NCBI GenBank assembly: GCA_963822035.1
Contig: CAWGGC010000006.1
Location: 360,478 to 424,477, forward strand
Length of the DNA: 64,000 nt
Origin: an uncultured Alphaproteobacteria bacterium
Lineage (GTDB): Bacteria > Pseudomonadota > Alphaproteobacteria > Rhizobiales > Xanthobacteraceae
Reading direction: 5' to 3'
Shown here: in pieces, positions 10,561-21,615 of the stretch
Layout of the letters: every line of letters starts with the position of its first letter
Numbering within the stretch: position 1 is the stretch's first letter
Made by a program: the position numbers and the translations under genes
The notes under the pieces: model-generated
The model's input: only the letters and a program-made list of their open reading frames with translations
Databases searched by the model: none
What the model was told of the DNA's origin: nothing

Positions 10561-11198
10561 ACCCGGCGGCGCCAGTGTTTGAGCTCGAGCAGCAAATCCG
10601 GCGCCAGATCCGGGTCCATTTCGGCATCGGCGAAGGAAAACGGCGCCTGCGCGATGTAGCGGCGCAATCCCGCCGGCAAGAGCGGCAGGCGCAGCAGCAA
10701 CGCGCCGCGCCCGAGCGGGTATTTGCCGCGGTGCGGCCCGGCGCCGAGAATGTCGTTCTGCACCGGCGCAAGCAGCGCGCCGTGAAACCGCTTGCTTAAG
10801 CTGCCATAGGCCTCGACCGAGCTCGCATCCGGCGTCAGCAGGAACAGGATCGCGGTCGCGATCTCTTGGCGGCTCGCCTCCTCGACGAAGCCGATTTGCT
10901 CGGCGACGGCGAAAAAGGCGGCAAACGACTCGTTGCCGAGATCGATCACCTTGGCGACGCCGTCGTCGGTGATCAACCGGTCGAACAGCGCCATCTGCCC
11001 GCTGACCTCGCCGACGCTCGCGACCGTCGTGTGCCCGGGCAGAAACTGCGCCAGCGTGCCCTCGCCGTTGTTGAGATCGAAGCCGGCGGCCTCGCGGCCC
11101 TCCTGCAGATGGAAATCGACCAGCAGCCGCGCGAGCAACGTCTTGCCGACGCGCGGCCGCGGCGAGGCGACGATTGTGACGGATGAGCGCAGCGGCAT
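10488..11198 (-). CDS. ParA/MinD-like P-loop protein with degenerate Walker A
   Basis: TIVASPRPRVGKTLLARLLVDF; QMALFDRL; KVIDLG; paralogue of upstream gene. Confidence 0.65.
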   Translation of the reverse strand: MPLRSSVTIVASPRPRVGKTLLARLLVDFHLQEGREAAGFDLNNGEGTLAQFLPGHTTVASVGEVSGQMALFDRLITDDGVAKVIDLGNESFAAFFAVAEQIGFVEEASRQEIATAILFLLTPDASSVEAYGSLSKRFHGALLAPVQNDILGAGPHRGKYPLGRGALLLRLPLLPAGLRRYIAQAPFSFADAEMDPDLAPDLLLELKHWRRRVHIECRELVLRLLLADLASAIRSA

Positions 11199-11219
11199 GA
11201 AGACGCCGGTGCGCGCGGT

Positions 11220-11980
11220 TCAGCCGGCGGCCTGGCGAACGTTGCCGGTGTCGACCTTTGGCATGACCATGTCGATCAGCTTGGCCCGGTCGTATTCGCC
11301 CCAGACATTGCCGAGCCAGTGGCGCACATAGCCGCGCAGCACGAACGAGTTGTTGCCGGCTTCGCCGTCGGCGGTCTTGTTGGCGACGAAAGTGACGAAG
11401 GGCACGCCGGCAAGCTCGACCTGCTCGCAGGCCATCTCGTTGAGCTTCGGGATGGTGATCTCCGTCGCGTCCTTGATCGCTTGAAATAGGAATTGTAGGT
11501 CGCCGGGTCCCATTCGAAGAACGTGGTGTTGTTGATGAAGTTCTTCACCAGGAAGTAGTTGGCGTCGCCGACGAAGCGCGCCGTCTCGGCGATTTCGTCG
11601 AGCGAGGCGATCGACGGCCCGAGGATGTGGAACACCGCGAAGGTGATCTGGCCTTTCTTGGCCGACTCCAGGAAGCCGATGTCGCTCAGCGCCTGCAGCG
11701 TCGAGGACAGCAGGCCGGCGCGCACGTCGATCACCGTCACCCTGGCCTGCGAGCTCCCCAGCGTGTCGAAGATCTTCATCTGGTCGGGCACCGAGGTGAC
11801 GTCGACGACCTCGGTCACGTCGGGATGGAAGCGCTTCAGCGTGCCGCGCGGCGACTCGGTGTCGAAGGCGCGCGTCGGCATCTGATGGGCGCCGAAATAG
11901 TCGAGCAGGGTGCGGGCGACCGTGGTCTTGCCGACGCCGCCCTTGTCGGCACCCACGAGAATGACGGCTGGTCTGGCCAT
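11220..11980 (-). CDS. ParA/MinD-like P-loop NTPase; frameshift near 11480
   Basis: GADKGGVGKTT deviant Walker A; RAFDTESP; VTVIDVRAG; C-terminus EITIPKLNEMACEQVE...SFVLRGYVRHWL in the adjacent frame. Confidence 0.75.
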
Positions 11981-12182
11981 GCGAATATCCTATGAACGAG
12001 ATACGCGGGTGAAACGCCGACTCGCACGGTATTCTTATTACGCCAACGCCGCCCGAATGACAGGTTTTTTCAGAGCCGGTGGGTAACCGCGACGGCGGAC
12101 CCTGCGCGTCAGAATTGCATAGAAATTCCGGGCGGTTTTTCGCTAGTCTCGGCGTCAAAGCAAAATAACCGGAGGAAACAAA

Positions 12183-13023
12183 ATGGCGATCATCTTCAAC
12201 GAGAGCGACGTCAGCGGCGAATCGGCGGGCGAGCGCGCCAGCCGCAAGCATCTGCTGACGCAAGCGCGGGTGCCGGGACTGCCGCATCCGGCTCGACCGG
12301 CTGGCGCTCACTGCCGGCGGCACAATGGCGCTGACGGTGCCGGCGAGAGCGTCGCCTGGCTGCAAGGGCTCGATGGCGAATCGGTGCTGGAATACGCCGG
12401 CAACCGGCCAGACGATCAACGAGGCGCATGTCGCCTTTCTGCCGCCGGGCTTTGCCGGGCGGCTGACCTCGGCCAGAGGCAGCGCCCTGCTCTACGGCGA
12501 AATCCCAAAGGCCGGCGAAATCGACCCGACCTTCGCGCAAAACCCGCCGCCGTTCCGGCTGATGGACTGGACGCGCGAGCCGGTGCTCAATTCCGTGCAC
12601 GATGCCCGCAAGCGCATTTATCTGGTCACGCCCAAGCTGTTCGGCACCAAGGCGGTCAAGGGCGAGATGATCATCTATCCGCCCGGCACTGCGGCTGCCA
12701 ACCACCACCACGAGGGCGCCGAGCACTTCATGTATGTGCTGCGCGGCAGCGGCACGGTCTACGCCAACGAAAAGCCGTTTCACGTGAAGAAGGGCGACGT
12801 CATCTACTACCCCGACCTGGAGCGTCATTATCTCGTCTGCGATCCGGCCGAGGAGATGCGCTTTGCGGAATTCTTCGCGCCCGCCGAGTTCAAGACCATC
12901 TGGGTGGACGAGAGCCAGATCTGCACCTGGACGCCGACCGGCCGCGACATTCGCGGCCAGGTGCCGGTGCGCGAGATCAAGGCACATTCCTCGGCGGACG
13001 TGCTCAGCCCGCAGGACGTGTGA
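12183..13023 (+). CDS. Cupin-domain protein; frameshifts at about 12280-12410
   Basis: GGAGG RBS; ANHHHEGAEHFMYVLRGSG ... GDVIYYPDLERH cupin motifs. Confidence 0.78.
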
Positions 13024-13029
13024 GGCGGC

Positions 13030-13872
13030 TCAGAAGCACAAATTGGTGACGACGTTGCCGCGCTTGTCGCGGATCACGTAGGGGCACTCGATCCGCTTGA
13101 GCGCGGCCTTGGCATCTTCGTTGCCGAGCGCGGCGGCGCGCTCGTAATAGGACTTGGCGGCGCTCTTGTCCTGCGGGCCACCGCGGCCGGCTTCCGCGAA
13201 CGCGCCCATCCACAGCAAGGCGTCCGGATGATTTTGCGCCGCCGCCTTCTCGAACAGCGCCCGTGCCGCGGCATCGTCCTTCGCACCGCCGGTGCCATTG
13301 GCGTCCATGAGGCCGAGCTGGAACTCCGCTTCCGCCGAATTCTCCGCCGCCGCCTTGGCCAACAACGCGCGGGCCGCCGCGGGATCGGCCGGCATCGTCC
13401 CGCCGCCGGTATCGAGCGCGGCGAGATTGGTGGCGCCGCGGGCATTGCCGGCATCGGCGGCACGCTTGAACAGCTTGCGCGCCTCGTCGCTGTTCTTGGG
13501 CAGTCCAGTACCGGTGCCGTAGATGACGCCGAGTTCGACCATGGCCGCGGTGCTGCCCTTGTCGGCCGCCTTGCGATAGGCCGCAACCGCGTCGGCCGCT
13601 TGCCGGTTGGCGGCATAGGCGCGACCGAGCTCGAACATCGCGCGGCGCGACGACGCGGCGGCGAGCTTGCAGTATTTCAGCGCAAGCGGCACGTCGGCCT
13701 TGTCGATGATAGCGACGCCCTTGACCTCCGCCGGCTTGTCAGGATCGCCGGGATCTGCGGCAATGCGGTCGCACAGCACCTGATCGGCCGACTGGGCGCG
13801 GACGGGCTGATGCGGCACAACCGCCACAAATGCCAAGCCAAGGACCGAAACGAAACCGAACGCTATTTTCAT
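13030..13872 (-). CDS. Secreted Sel1-repeat protein
   Basis: Signal peptide; repeated A..LG..Y..G.G...D...A...F.KAA units. Confidence 0.85.
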   Translation of the reverse strand: MKIAFGFVSVLGLAFVAVVPHQPVRAQSADQVLCDRIAADPGDPDKPAEVKGVAIIDKADVPLALKYCKLAAASSRRAMFELGRAYAANRQAADAVAAYRKAADKGSTAAMVELGVIYGTGTGLPKNSDEARKLFKRAADAGNARGATNLAALDTGGGTMPADPAAARALLAKAAAENSAEAEFQLGLMDANGTGGAKDDAAARALFEKAAAQNHPDALLWMGAFAEAGRGGPQDKSAAKSYYERAAALGNEDAKAALKRIECPYVIRDKRGNVVTNLCF

Positions 13873-13895
13873 GTCATGTAGTTTAGTCGAAAGCC

Positions 13896-13953
13896 CGCCT
13901 TCGCTAAAGCTTTGAGCGCGAAGGTCTTGCTCGCCGAAGCTTTAGCGAAGGCG
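13896..13953. repeat. 17-bp inverted repeat abutting the tRNA-Thr 3' end
   Basis: cgccttcgctaaagctt (13896-13912) / aagctttagcgaaggcg (13937-13953). Confidence 0.8.
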
Positions 13954-13955
13954 AG

Positions 13956-14030
13956 TGGTGCCGGCGGAGGGATTTGAACCCCCGACCACCCGCTTACGAA
14001 GCGGATGCTCTACCGCTGAGCTACGCCGGC
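13956..14030 (-). tRNA. tRNA-Thr(CGT)
   Basis: GCCGGCGTAGCTCAGCGGTAGAGCA...TT-CGT-AA...GGTTCAAATCC...GCCGGCACCA; encoded CCA. Confidence 0.96.
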
Positions 14031-14107
14031 TTGTCTGAAACCCGCGCCGGTCATAGTGGCGTGGGCCCTCCTTGGCAAGCAATACGCTGGAAGCGCTTGA
14101 TATGCGC

Positions 14108-15674
14108 TTAACGGAACAACTGCCGGATACGCTGCCAGGGATCGGGCGCAGGCGCGCTCGTTTCCGCCACCGGATCGGCATCCAGCGCCGGGACCGGGCC
14201 CGGATCGTCCGGTGCGTGCACCAGCGGGATCACCGCTTCGACCGGCTTTGCCGGCGGTGCCGGCGGCTTGGGCGTCGGTGGCGTAGGCGCCGCCGTCTGC
14301 TCGGGAACGATGGGCTTTGCCTCCGGCGGCGGTGCCGGCTCGGCCGCCACGGCGGCCGGCGCGCGCCTCCTCGCTCGCCTCGATCACGGGACGGCTGACG
14401 CCGATCTCGGCCAGCGGCCGCTTCCATTCGAAGCCATCGAGATGGCCCTTTGGCGTCACCGGCAGCCAGCGCTCCGACACCACGCCGTCGGCGGTCCACG
14501 CCGGATCGGCGGGCGCGCGCATGGCACGGTTGAGCCACTCGCGCACGCGGCCCTCGGCGCCATGCTCGGTCTCCTCGATCTCGGCCATCAGCGTGGCGAC
14601 CCGCTTGGTCGGCGCCGCCAGATAACGCTCAAGCGCGGCGCGGGCCGCGGGAAAATCGCGCGCCTCGAGCGCGGCGCGCGACAGCGCCAGCGCGCTTTCG
14701 ATCTGCTCCGGCACTTTTTCGACCAGCCGCTTGATCCGCGCCAGGCGTTCGCGCGCGCTGTCGCCGAAGCGCAGGTTGGCGTAGGTCTCAGCGAGCTCGG
14801 GATGCGGATTGGCGGTCCAGGCGTTGGTGAGGATCTTGCCGGCCTTGCGCAGTTCGCCCGCCTCGGCGAGCCGCCGCCCGGCGAGCACCGCCGCTGGCAC
14901 GAGGTCGGGCGCGAGCTTGACCGCCTCCATGACCGCGGCGCGCGAAGCATCGCGGTCGGTGTCGTTGACCGACAACGCGTGCGCGGTCAACAGCACCGCG
15001 CGCTTGCGGCGGTAGATTTTCTTTTCCAGCGAGCTCTTCATGCGCTCGAGCGCTTCCAGCGCGCCGTGCCAGTCGCGCGCGGCGCTGCGGAAATCGAGCA
15101 CCGCCTGCCCAGCCCAGCCAAGCGACGGCTGCGCCTTCACAGCCTCCTCGGCGGCGCGCAGCGCCGCCGGCGCGTCGTTGCGCCGCTGCGCCTCGACGAA
15201 CAGCCCGCGCAGGCCGATCAGCTTGGTGTCGGCGCGCTTGGCCATGGCGTGGAAGGCGCTTTCGGCGCCGCCGCGGTCGCCGCCCATCTGCGCCGATTGC
15301 GCGGTGAGCAGCAGCGTCAGCGGATCGTCCGGCGCGTGGCGCAGCGCCTCGTCGGACGATCTGCGCGCCAGCCGCAGGTCGCCGGCGCCGATGGCGATGA
15401 GGCCGCGCGACACCGCCTGGTAGCCCTTGAGCGAGCGGCGATTGCGCAGGAACAGCGAAATGTGGTGCGGCGTGCGCCAGATACCGTGCAGGATCGACCA
15501 CAGGATGATGGCGGCGGCGATCAGCGCCAGCAGCGCGAGCGTCGTCACCAGCACCGAGGTCTCGATGTGATAGCCCATCCAGGTGACGGCGACGTCGCCG
15601 GGCCGGTCGGCGACCCAAGCCACACCGCCGGCGATGAGCGCAACAGCGATGAGAAAAATGACGACGCGAATCAT
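14108..15674 (-). CDS. hemY: HemY_N/TPR membrane protein; frameshift near 14360 before the Pro-rich tail
   Basis: WVADRPGDVAVTWMGYHIETS; helical repeats; DPAWTADGVVSERWLPV; PDDPGP tail; hemCD context. Confidence 0.85.
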
Positions 15675-15681
15675 TGCGCGC

Positions 15682-16951
15682 TCATTGCGGCTTCAGCGCG
15701 CGGGCCGTCGCCGCGGCGTATTGGCGCGCCGCGGCGAGCGCCGCTTGCCGTGCCTGCGCTTGCGTGAGCCATGCCGACGCCGGCGCTCGCACCTTCTCCG
15801 GCAGCTCGGCAAGATCGGTGAGCGCGGCGGCAATGTCGTTATTGGCGGCATCGACCTCGAGCCGCGCCAGCACCGCGGACGGCTCGTCGCCCTTAGGCGC
15901 GCTCACCGGCCGCACGCGCACGAGCCGCGATGCGTTGGCTTCAAGTTTGGCGAGGAAATCGCCCGAGGGCGGCGGCGCACCGGCGATTTTCTGCATCTGC
16001 GGTCCCAGCGCCGACAGATCATGCGCCAGCGTCTGCGCGGTCGGCGCGCCGGTTGCGGCGAATGCGGCGAGCGGTTCAAGCGCCTTGGCGTCGCCGCCGA
16101 GCGCGCGCACCGCGGCAAGCTCGTCGGCATAAGGCGCGCCGACCGCGACCGCATCGCGCAGCACCGCGGCGCTGAGCGCAAGCCGCGCTGCATTGTCGTT
16201 GCCGCTGCTCTTGGTGAGCGCCTCGTGCGTGGCCTTGACCTGCGTCTCCAGCGCGGCAACGCGCCGGTCGAGCGCCTCGATATCGGCGCGCGGCACAGTG
16301 TTCGCATTGCTTGCCGCCGCCTGCTGCATCGAGGCCTGCAAGTCGCCGACCGCTTTGACCGCGGCATCGGCCGCCTTGCGCGCCGCGGCGGCATCGGCGC
16401 TGGCGTCGTCGGTGCGGTGGCTGAGTGCGGTGAGCGCGAGGCCGAGCGACTTCATGGCGTTGTCGGCGGCGGCAAGCTTGGCGGCAACGCCAGTATCGTT
16501 CGGCGGCAGCTTGGCGAGCGCCGCCTCGATCTTGCCTACGCGCGCGGCGAGCGCATCGTCGTTTGCCGCCGGCTGCGCCGTTTGCGCGCCGCGCAGCTCG
16601 CTCACTTGTTGTTCCAGCGCGGCAATTCGTTTGTCCGCCGCCGCCACGCCGCCGCCGCCCAGCGGCAGCCAGCCTTTCAGCCACAGCGCCAGCAGCACCA
16701 GCACGATCGCCACCGCGCCGGCACCCGCCGCCATGCCCAAACTTGCCACCGGAGCGTGGCCGCGGCGCGGCAGGCGCGGCACTTGCCGCCTCGCCTTGCG
16801 GCGGCGGTGTCTGAGTGTCCGGCGGCACTTCGTTGGCTTTGAGATCGATGGTCGGCGCGTCGCGCTTGCGGCGCGTCTCTTTCGCCGCGGCGGAGGCCGT
16901 CTCGCTTGGCTTGTCTTGCGGCGCTTCCGGCGTCACGCTTTCGTCTGCCAT
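15682..16951 (-). CDS. COG4223 / mitofilin-domain (alphaMic60-like) membrane protein; frameshift near 16790
   Basis: APTIDLKA N-terminus, one TM helix, Ala-rich coiled coil, GAPYADEL, RLVRVRP, AWL..AQAR; lies between hemD and hemY. Confidence 0.8.
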
Positions 16952-17024
16952 CGCAGAATCCTTGAACGCGATTCGGCCCCACCCGCCCAGCCGACATAAC
17001 GCAAACGGCTGTCACGCGCCAATG

Positions 17025-17729
17025 TCAAGCGCCGATGCTTTCGAGCAGCGCCGCCTCGTCGGGCCGCGCGGCCTGCGCAATGTTGGCGGCGCCCGCGGCA
17101 ATCAGCGGCGCCGCAACCTGCGGCGACAGGCAGATATGGCGAACGGCGAGCGCCGGCGCCGCGAGCCCGGCCGCTTGCGCGCCGGCGACATAGCTCTCGG
17201 TGCTGCGCGCCGAATAGTGCAGTACCGCGTCGACCGCGCCGATTTTCAATGCGGCGGCAAGCGCCGCCGGAAACGGCAGCGCGGCGGCGCGATAGACCAC
17301 CGCCATCTCCGCGGCGATGCCGCGCGCGGTGAGCTCGCCGATGAGGTCGCGGGCGCGGTCCTCGCCGGCGAGATACAGCAGCGGCGCCTGCGCGTCGGCC
17401 TTGCGCGCCACCAGCGTGCGGATCAGATCGCGCACGTCGCCGCCGGCCGAGGTGACGTCGGTGAAGCCGACCTGCCGCGCCGCGTCGGCGCTGCGCTTAC
17501 CGACCGCGAACAGCTTAAGCTTGACGAGAGCCTCGCGCGCCGGATGCGTGGCAATCGCGTGCGCGGCGTTGGCGCTGGTGATGATGACGCCGCCCCAGTT
17601 GGTGGCAAGCTCCACCGGCACCGGCTCGACCGCAAGCAGCGGCGCGACCAGCACCTCGTGGCCGCGCGCGCGCAACGTCGCGGCGGTGCGCTCGGCATCC
17701 TCCTGCGGGCGGGTGACGACAATGCGCAT
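17025..17729 (-). CDS. hemD: Uroporphyrinogen-III synthase
   Basis: MRIVVTRP, TSANA, FAVG..SA, LYLAGEDR, VLHYSARS. Confidence 0.93.
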   Translation of the reverse strand: MRIVVTRPQEDAERTAATLRARGHEVLVAPLLAVEPVPVELATNWGGVIITSANAAHAIATHPAREALVKLKLFAVGKRSADAARQVGFTDVTSAGGDVRDLIRTLVARKADAQAPLLYLAGEDRARDLIGELTARGIAAEMAVVYRAAALPFPAALAAALKIGAVDAVLHYSARSTESYVAGAQAAGLAAPALAVRHICLSPQVAAPLIAAGAANIAQAARPDEAALLESIGA

Positions 17730-17731
17730 GG

Positions 17732-18657
17732 TCAGCTTGTCAGGCTAGGGTGGGCGTCGCGCTTGATGGCGCGGCCGGCGTCCGTTCCGATCCTGACAGC
17801 GTCGGCGCGCGGCCCACGCGTGCTGAACTCGCACGACGGGTTGCCATCCGGATGCGCGAGCAGGCCGCGGAAATGAATGGTGCCGACGCTAATGTCGGCA
17901 TGGCCGCCGATCGGCGTTTTGCAGGAACCGCCGAGTTCGGCGAGAAACGCGCGTTCGCAGGCGACCGCCACGGACGTGTCGGCGTGGTCGATACGCGACA
18001 GCAATTCGCGGGTGCGCGCATCATCGTCGCGCGCCTCGATGCCGATGGCGCCTTGCGCGACCGCCGGAAGAAACTCGTGCACATGCATGATTGCGGTGGC
18101 GCGGTCGGCGAGCCCGAGACGCTTGAGGCCAGCGAGCGCGAGAATGGTGGCGTCGACCTCGCCGGCCTCGAGCTTGCTCAGCCGCGTCTCGACATTGCCG
18201 CGCAGCAGTTGCGAACGCGCAAATCGGGCCGCGCGCGCAGCGCAATCGCCTGCCGCCGCGGCGAGGCGGTGCCGAGCGTCGCGCCCCGCGGCAGCTCGGC
18301 GAGCGACTTGGCCTTGCGGCTGATGAAGACATCGCGCGGGTCCTCGCGCTCGAGACACGCCGTGAGCACCAGCCCCGGCGGCAGGAACGTCGGCATGTCC
18401 TTGGCCGAATGCACCGCGAGGTCGATGTCGCGGCGCAGCAGCGCTTCCTCGATTTCCTTGGTGAACAGGCCCTTGCCGCCCTCCTCGGCCAGCGGCCGGT
18501 CCTGGATCATGTCACCGGTGGTGCGGATGACGGTGAGCGTGATCGCGTCCTCCGGCACGCTCAGGGCCGCGCATAGCCGCGCCCGCACCATGCGCGCCTG
18601 CGTCAGCGCCAACGGCGAGCCGCGCGTGCCGATACGAACGACGGTGGAGGATTGCAC
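17732..18657 (-). CDS. hemC: Porphobilinogen deaminase; frameshift near 18215
   Basis: RIGTRGSPLA, GGKGLFTKE, AVHSAKDMP, RGNVETRL, GSCKTPIG. Confidence 0.93.
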
Positions 18658-18735
18658 TCGATTGCCTCACGATGCTAGGCGAGACGGCGGAACGGGCGGG
18701 ACTATAGGGACGCAGCCGGAGCGGGGAAAGCTTTG

Positions 18736-19809
18736 ATGGTTGTCCTCGGCATCGAGACCACCTGCGACGAGACCGCCGCCGCCGTGGTGGAGCGTTCCGA
18801 CGACGGCAAGGGCCGGATTCTGTCGAATATCGTGCTGAGCCAGATCGCAGAGCACGCGGCGTTCGGCGGCGTGGTGCCAGAGATCGCCGCCCGTGCCCAT
18901 GTCGAGGCGCTCGACACGCTGATCGGCCAGGCGATGATTGAGGCCGGCCGCAGCTTCAGACAGCTCGACGGCGTTGCCGCCGCGGCCGGTCCCGGGCTGA
19001 TCGGCGGCGTCATCGTCGGCCTGACCACCGCGAAGGCGATTGCGCTGGTCAACAAGAAGCCGCTGATCGCGGTCAATCACCTGGAAGCGCACGCGCTCAC
19101 CGCGCGGCTCACCGACGCAACGCCGTTTCCCTATTGCCTGTTCCTCGCTTCCGGCGGCCACACCCAGATCGTCGCGGTGCGCGGCGTCGGCGACTATGTG
19201 CGCATCGGCACCACGCAGGACGACGCCATCGGCGAGGCCTTCGACAAGACCGCCAAGCTGCTCGGCCTCGGCTATCCCGGCGGGCCGCAGGTGGAGAAAG
19301 AAGCCGCGCGCGGCGACGCCACGCGCTTTGCGCTGCCACGGCCGATGCACGGCCGCAAGGACGCCGACTTCTCGCTGTCGGGCCTGAAGACCGCGCTGCG
19401 CCTGGAAGCGGAACGGGCCGCGCCGTTGTCCGAGCAAGACGTCGCCGATCTCTGCGCCTCGTTCCAGCAGGCGGTGGTCGACGTCGTGCTCGACCGCCTG
19501 CGCGCGGGCTTGCGCATCTTCCGCGCGCAATATGGCGCGCCGACCGCGCTGGTTGCCGCCGGCGGCGTCGCCGCCAACCAGGCGATCCGCAAGGTGCTGC
19601 ATCGCCTCGCCTTCGAGGTCGGCACCGTGCTGGTCGCGCCGCCGCTCGAATTGTGCACCGACAACGGCGCCATCATCGCCTGGGCCGGCTGCGAAAAGCT
19701 CGCACTCGGCATGATCGACACTTTGGAGACGGCGCCGCGGGCGCGCTGGCCGCTCGACGAACTCGCCGCCGCCGAAGGCGCGCGCAAGAACACGGCGGCG
19801 TACAAATGA
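18736..19809 (+). CDS. tsaD: tRNA t6A threonylcarbamoyltransferase
   Basis: [48 protein letters not shown]. Confidence 0.97.
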   Translation: MVVLGIETTCDETAAAVVERSDDGKGRILSNIVLSQIAEHAAFGGVVPEIAARAHVEALDTLIGQAMIEAGRSFRQLDGVAAAAGPGLIGGVIVGLTTAKAIALVNKKPLIAVNHLEAHALTARLTDATPFPYCLFLASGGHTQIVAVRGVGDYVRIGTTQDDAIGEAFDKTAKLLGLGYPGGPQVEKEAARGDATRFALPRPMHGRKDADFSLSGLKTALRLEAERAAPLSEQDVADLCASFQQAVVDVVLDRLRAGLRIFRAQYGAPTALVAAGGVAANQAIRKVLHRLAFEVGTVLVAPPLELCTDNGAIIAWAGCEKLALGMIDTLETAPRARWPLDELAAAEGARKNTAAYK

Positions 19810-19833
19810 AAAGGCGGCGCCAATTTCTCTCTT

Positions 19834-19952
19834 CACCTCCCCCGCTTGCGGGGGAGGTCGCCTGCCGAAGCGTCAGCCAAGGCGGGCGGGAGGAGGAGTT
19901 CTTCGCGCACTCCGCCCCCTCCCCAACCCTCCTCCGCAAGCGGGGGAGGGAG
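19834..19952. repeat. Family A double-hairpin repeat (CCTCCCC..GGGGAGG)
   Basis: cacctcccccgcttgcgggggaggtcg ... ccccaaccctcctccgcaagcgggggaggga. Confidence 0.85.
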
Positions 19953-19963
19953 TAAGAAAGCGC

Positions 19964-20950
19964 ATGACCATCGAACGCATCAGCGTGCTCGGCGGCGGCG
20001 CCTGGGGGACGGCGCTGGCGCTGACCTGCGCGCGCGCCGGCCGCAGCGTGACGCTGTGGGAATTCGACGCCGGCAACGCCGAGCATCTCGCCAGCAAGCG
20101 CGAGAGCCGCTTCCTGCCCGGCGTGCGCCTCGACGACGGCATCAAAGTCACCCGCGCGCTCGGCGAGGCCGCGCGCGCCGACGCCATCCTGCTGGTGGTG
20201 CCGGCGCAGGCGATGCGCTCAACCGTCAAGGCGCTGGCGCAAACCGTGACCGCCGGCACGCCGCTGATCGCCTGCGCCAAGGGCATCGAACACGGCACGC
20301 ACAAATTCATGACCGAGATCGTCGCCGAGTGCGCGCCGCGCACCGAACCGGCGATCCTGTCGGGGCCGAGCTTCGCCATCGACGTGGCGCGCGGCCTGCC
20401 GACCGCGGTGACGCTCGCCGCCAACGATGCGGCGCTTGCCGAAACGCTGGCGCACGCCATCAACACCGCAACCTTCCGGCCTTACCATTCGACCGACGTG
20501 CGTGGCGTCGAGATCGGCGGCGCAGCGAAAAACGTGTTGGCGATCGCCGCCGGCATCGTCACCGGCCGCGGCCTCGGCGCCAGCGCCGCGGCGGCGCTGA
20601 CCACGCGCGGCTTTGCCGAACTTTCGCGTTTCGGCCGCGCCTTCGGCGCCAAGCCGGAAACCATGACCGGCCTCTCCGGCCTCGGCGACTTGATCCTCAC
20701 CTGTTCGTCGCCGCAGTCGCGCAATTTCTCCTGCGGCGTCGCGCTCGGCAAAGGCGAGACGGCGGATGCCGCCGCGCACGGCAAATTGGCGGAAGGCGTG
20801 TTCACCGCGCCGGTGCTGCTGGAAATGGCGCGCGCGAAAAATATCGAGATGCCGATCGCATCTGCGGTTGCCGCCGTGCTGGCGAACAAGATGACGGTCG
20901 ACGAAGCGATCGAGTCGCTGCTGACGCGGCCGCTCAAGGCGGAGGGGTGA
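19964..20950 (+). CDS. gpsA: NAD(P)H-dependent glycerol-3-phosphate dehydrogenase
   Basis: [47 protein letters not shown]. Confidence 0.97.
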   Translation: MTIERISVLGGGAWGTALALTCARAGRSVTLWEFDAGNAEHLASKRESRFLPGVRLDDGIKVTRALGEAARADAILLVVPAQAMRSTVKALAQTVTAGTPLIACAKGIEHGTHKFMTEIVAECAPRTEPAILSGPSFAIDVARGLPTAVTLAANDAALAETLAHAINTATFRPYHSTDVRGVEIGGAAKNVLAIAAGIVTGRGLGASAAAALTTRGFAELSRFGRAFGAKPETMTGLSGLGDLILTCSSPQSRNFSCGVALGKGETADAAAHGKLAEGVFTAPVLLEMARAKNIEMPIASAVAAVLANKMTVDEAIESLLTRPLKAEG

Positions 20951-20961
20951 GCTGCACAACA

Positions 20962-21046
20962 CGTCATGGCCGGGCTTGTCCCGGCCATCCACGTCTTTGA
21001 TACTGACGAAAAGGCGTGGATGCCCGCGACAAGCGCGGGCATGACG
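20962..21046. repeat. Family C CGTC-tagged palindromic repeat
   Basis: cgtcatggccgggcttgtcccggccatccac ... gtggatgcccgcgacaagcgcgggcatgacg. Confidence 0.88.
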
Positions 21047-21058
21047 AGAGGAACAAAC

Positions 21059-21476
21059 ATGGCGTACTGGCTGATGAAGTCCGAGCCCGGCACCTGGTCG
21101 TGGAACGATCAGGTCAAGAAAGGCGCCAAGGGCGACGCCTGGACCGGCGTGCGCAACTTCCAGGCCCGCGCCAACCTGATGAAGATGAAGAAGGGCGACC
21201 GCGCCTTCTTCTACCACTCCGGCGAGGAGAAGGCCGTGGTCGGCGTCATGGAGATCGTGCGCGAACATTATCCCGACCCGACCGCGAAGAAAGACGAAGG
21301 CTGGGTGGTGGTCGACGTCAAGGCGGCCGAGCCGGCAAAGACGCCGCGTGACGCTCTCCGCCATCAAGGCCGAGCCGAAACTGAAAGCCATGGTGCTGGT
21401 CAAGAATTCGCGGCTATCGGTGCAGCCGGTGACGGCGGACGAATGGAAGCTGGTGTCCAAGATGGGCGGGCTTTAG
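21059..21476 (+). CDS. EVE-domain protein; frameshift near 21345
   Basis: MAYWLMKSEP, WTGVRNFQA, FFYHSG; RLSVQPV in the next frame. Confidence 0.9.
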
Positions 21477-21477
21477 T

Positions 21478-21592
21478 CGTCATTCCGGGGCGCGCCAAAG
21501 GCGCGAACCCGGAATCCAGAGCCAAGCTTTGCGCTATAGATGTACCGCTCTGGATTCCGGGCCCGGCGCTAACGCGCCGTCCCGGAATGACG
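21478..21592. repeat. Family B CGTC-tagged repeat (GTCATTCCGGG..CCGGAATGAC)
   Basis: cgtcattccgggg...ccggaatccag...ctggattccgg...cccggaatgacg. Confidence 0.88.
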
Positions 21593-21615
21593 ATGAGGCT
21601 AAATAGGAACGCGCC

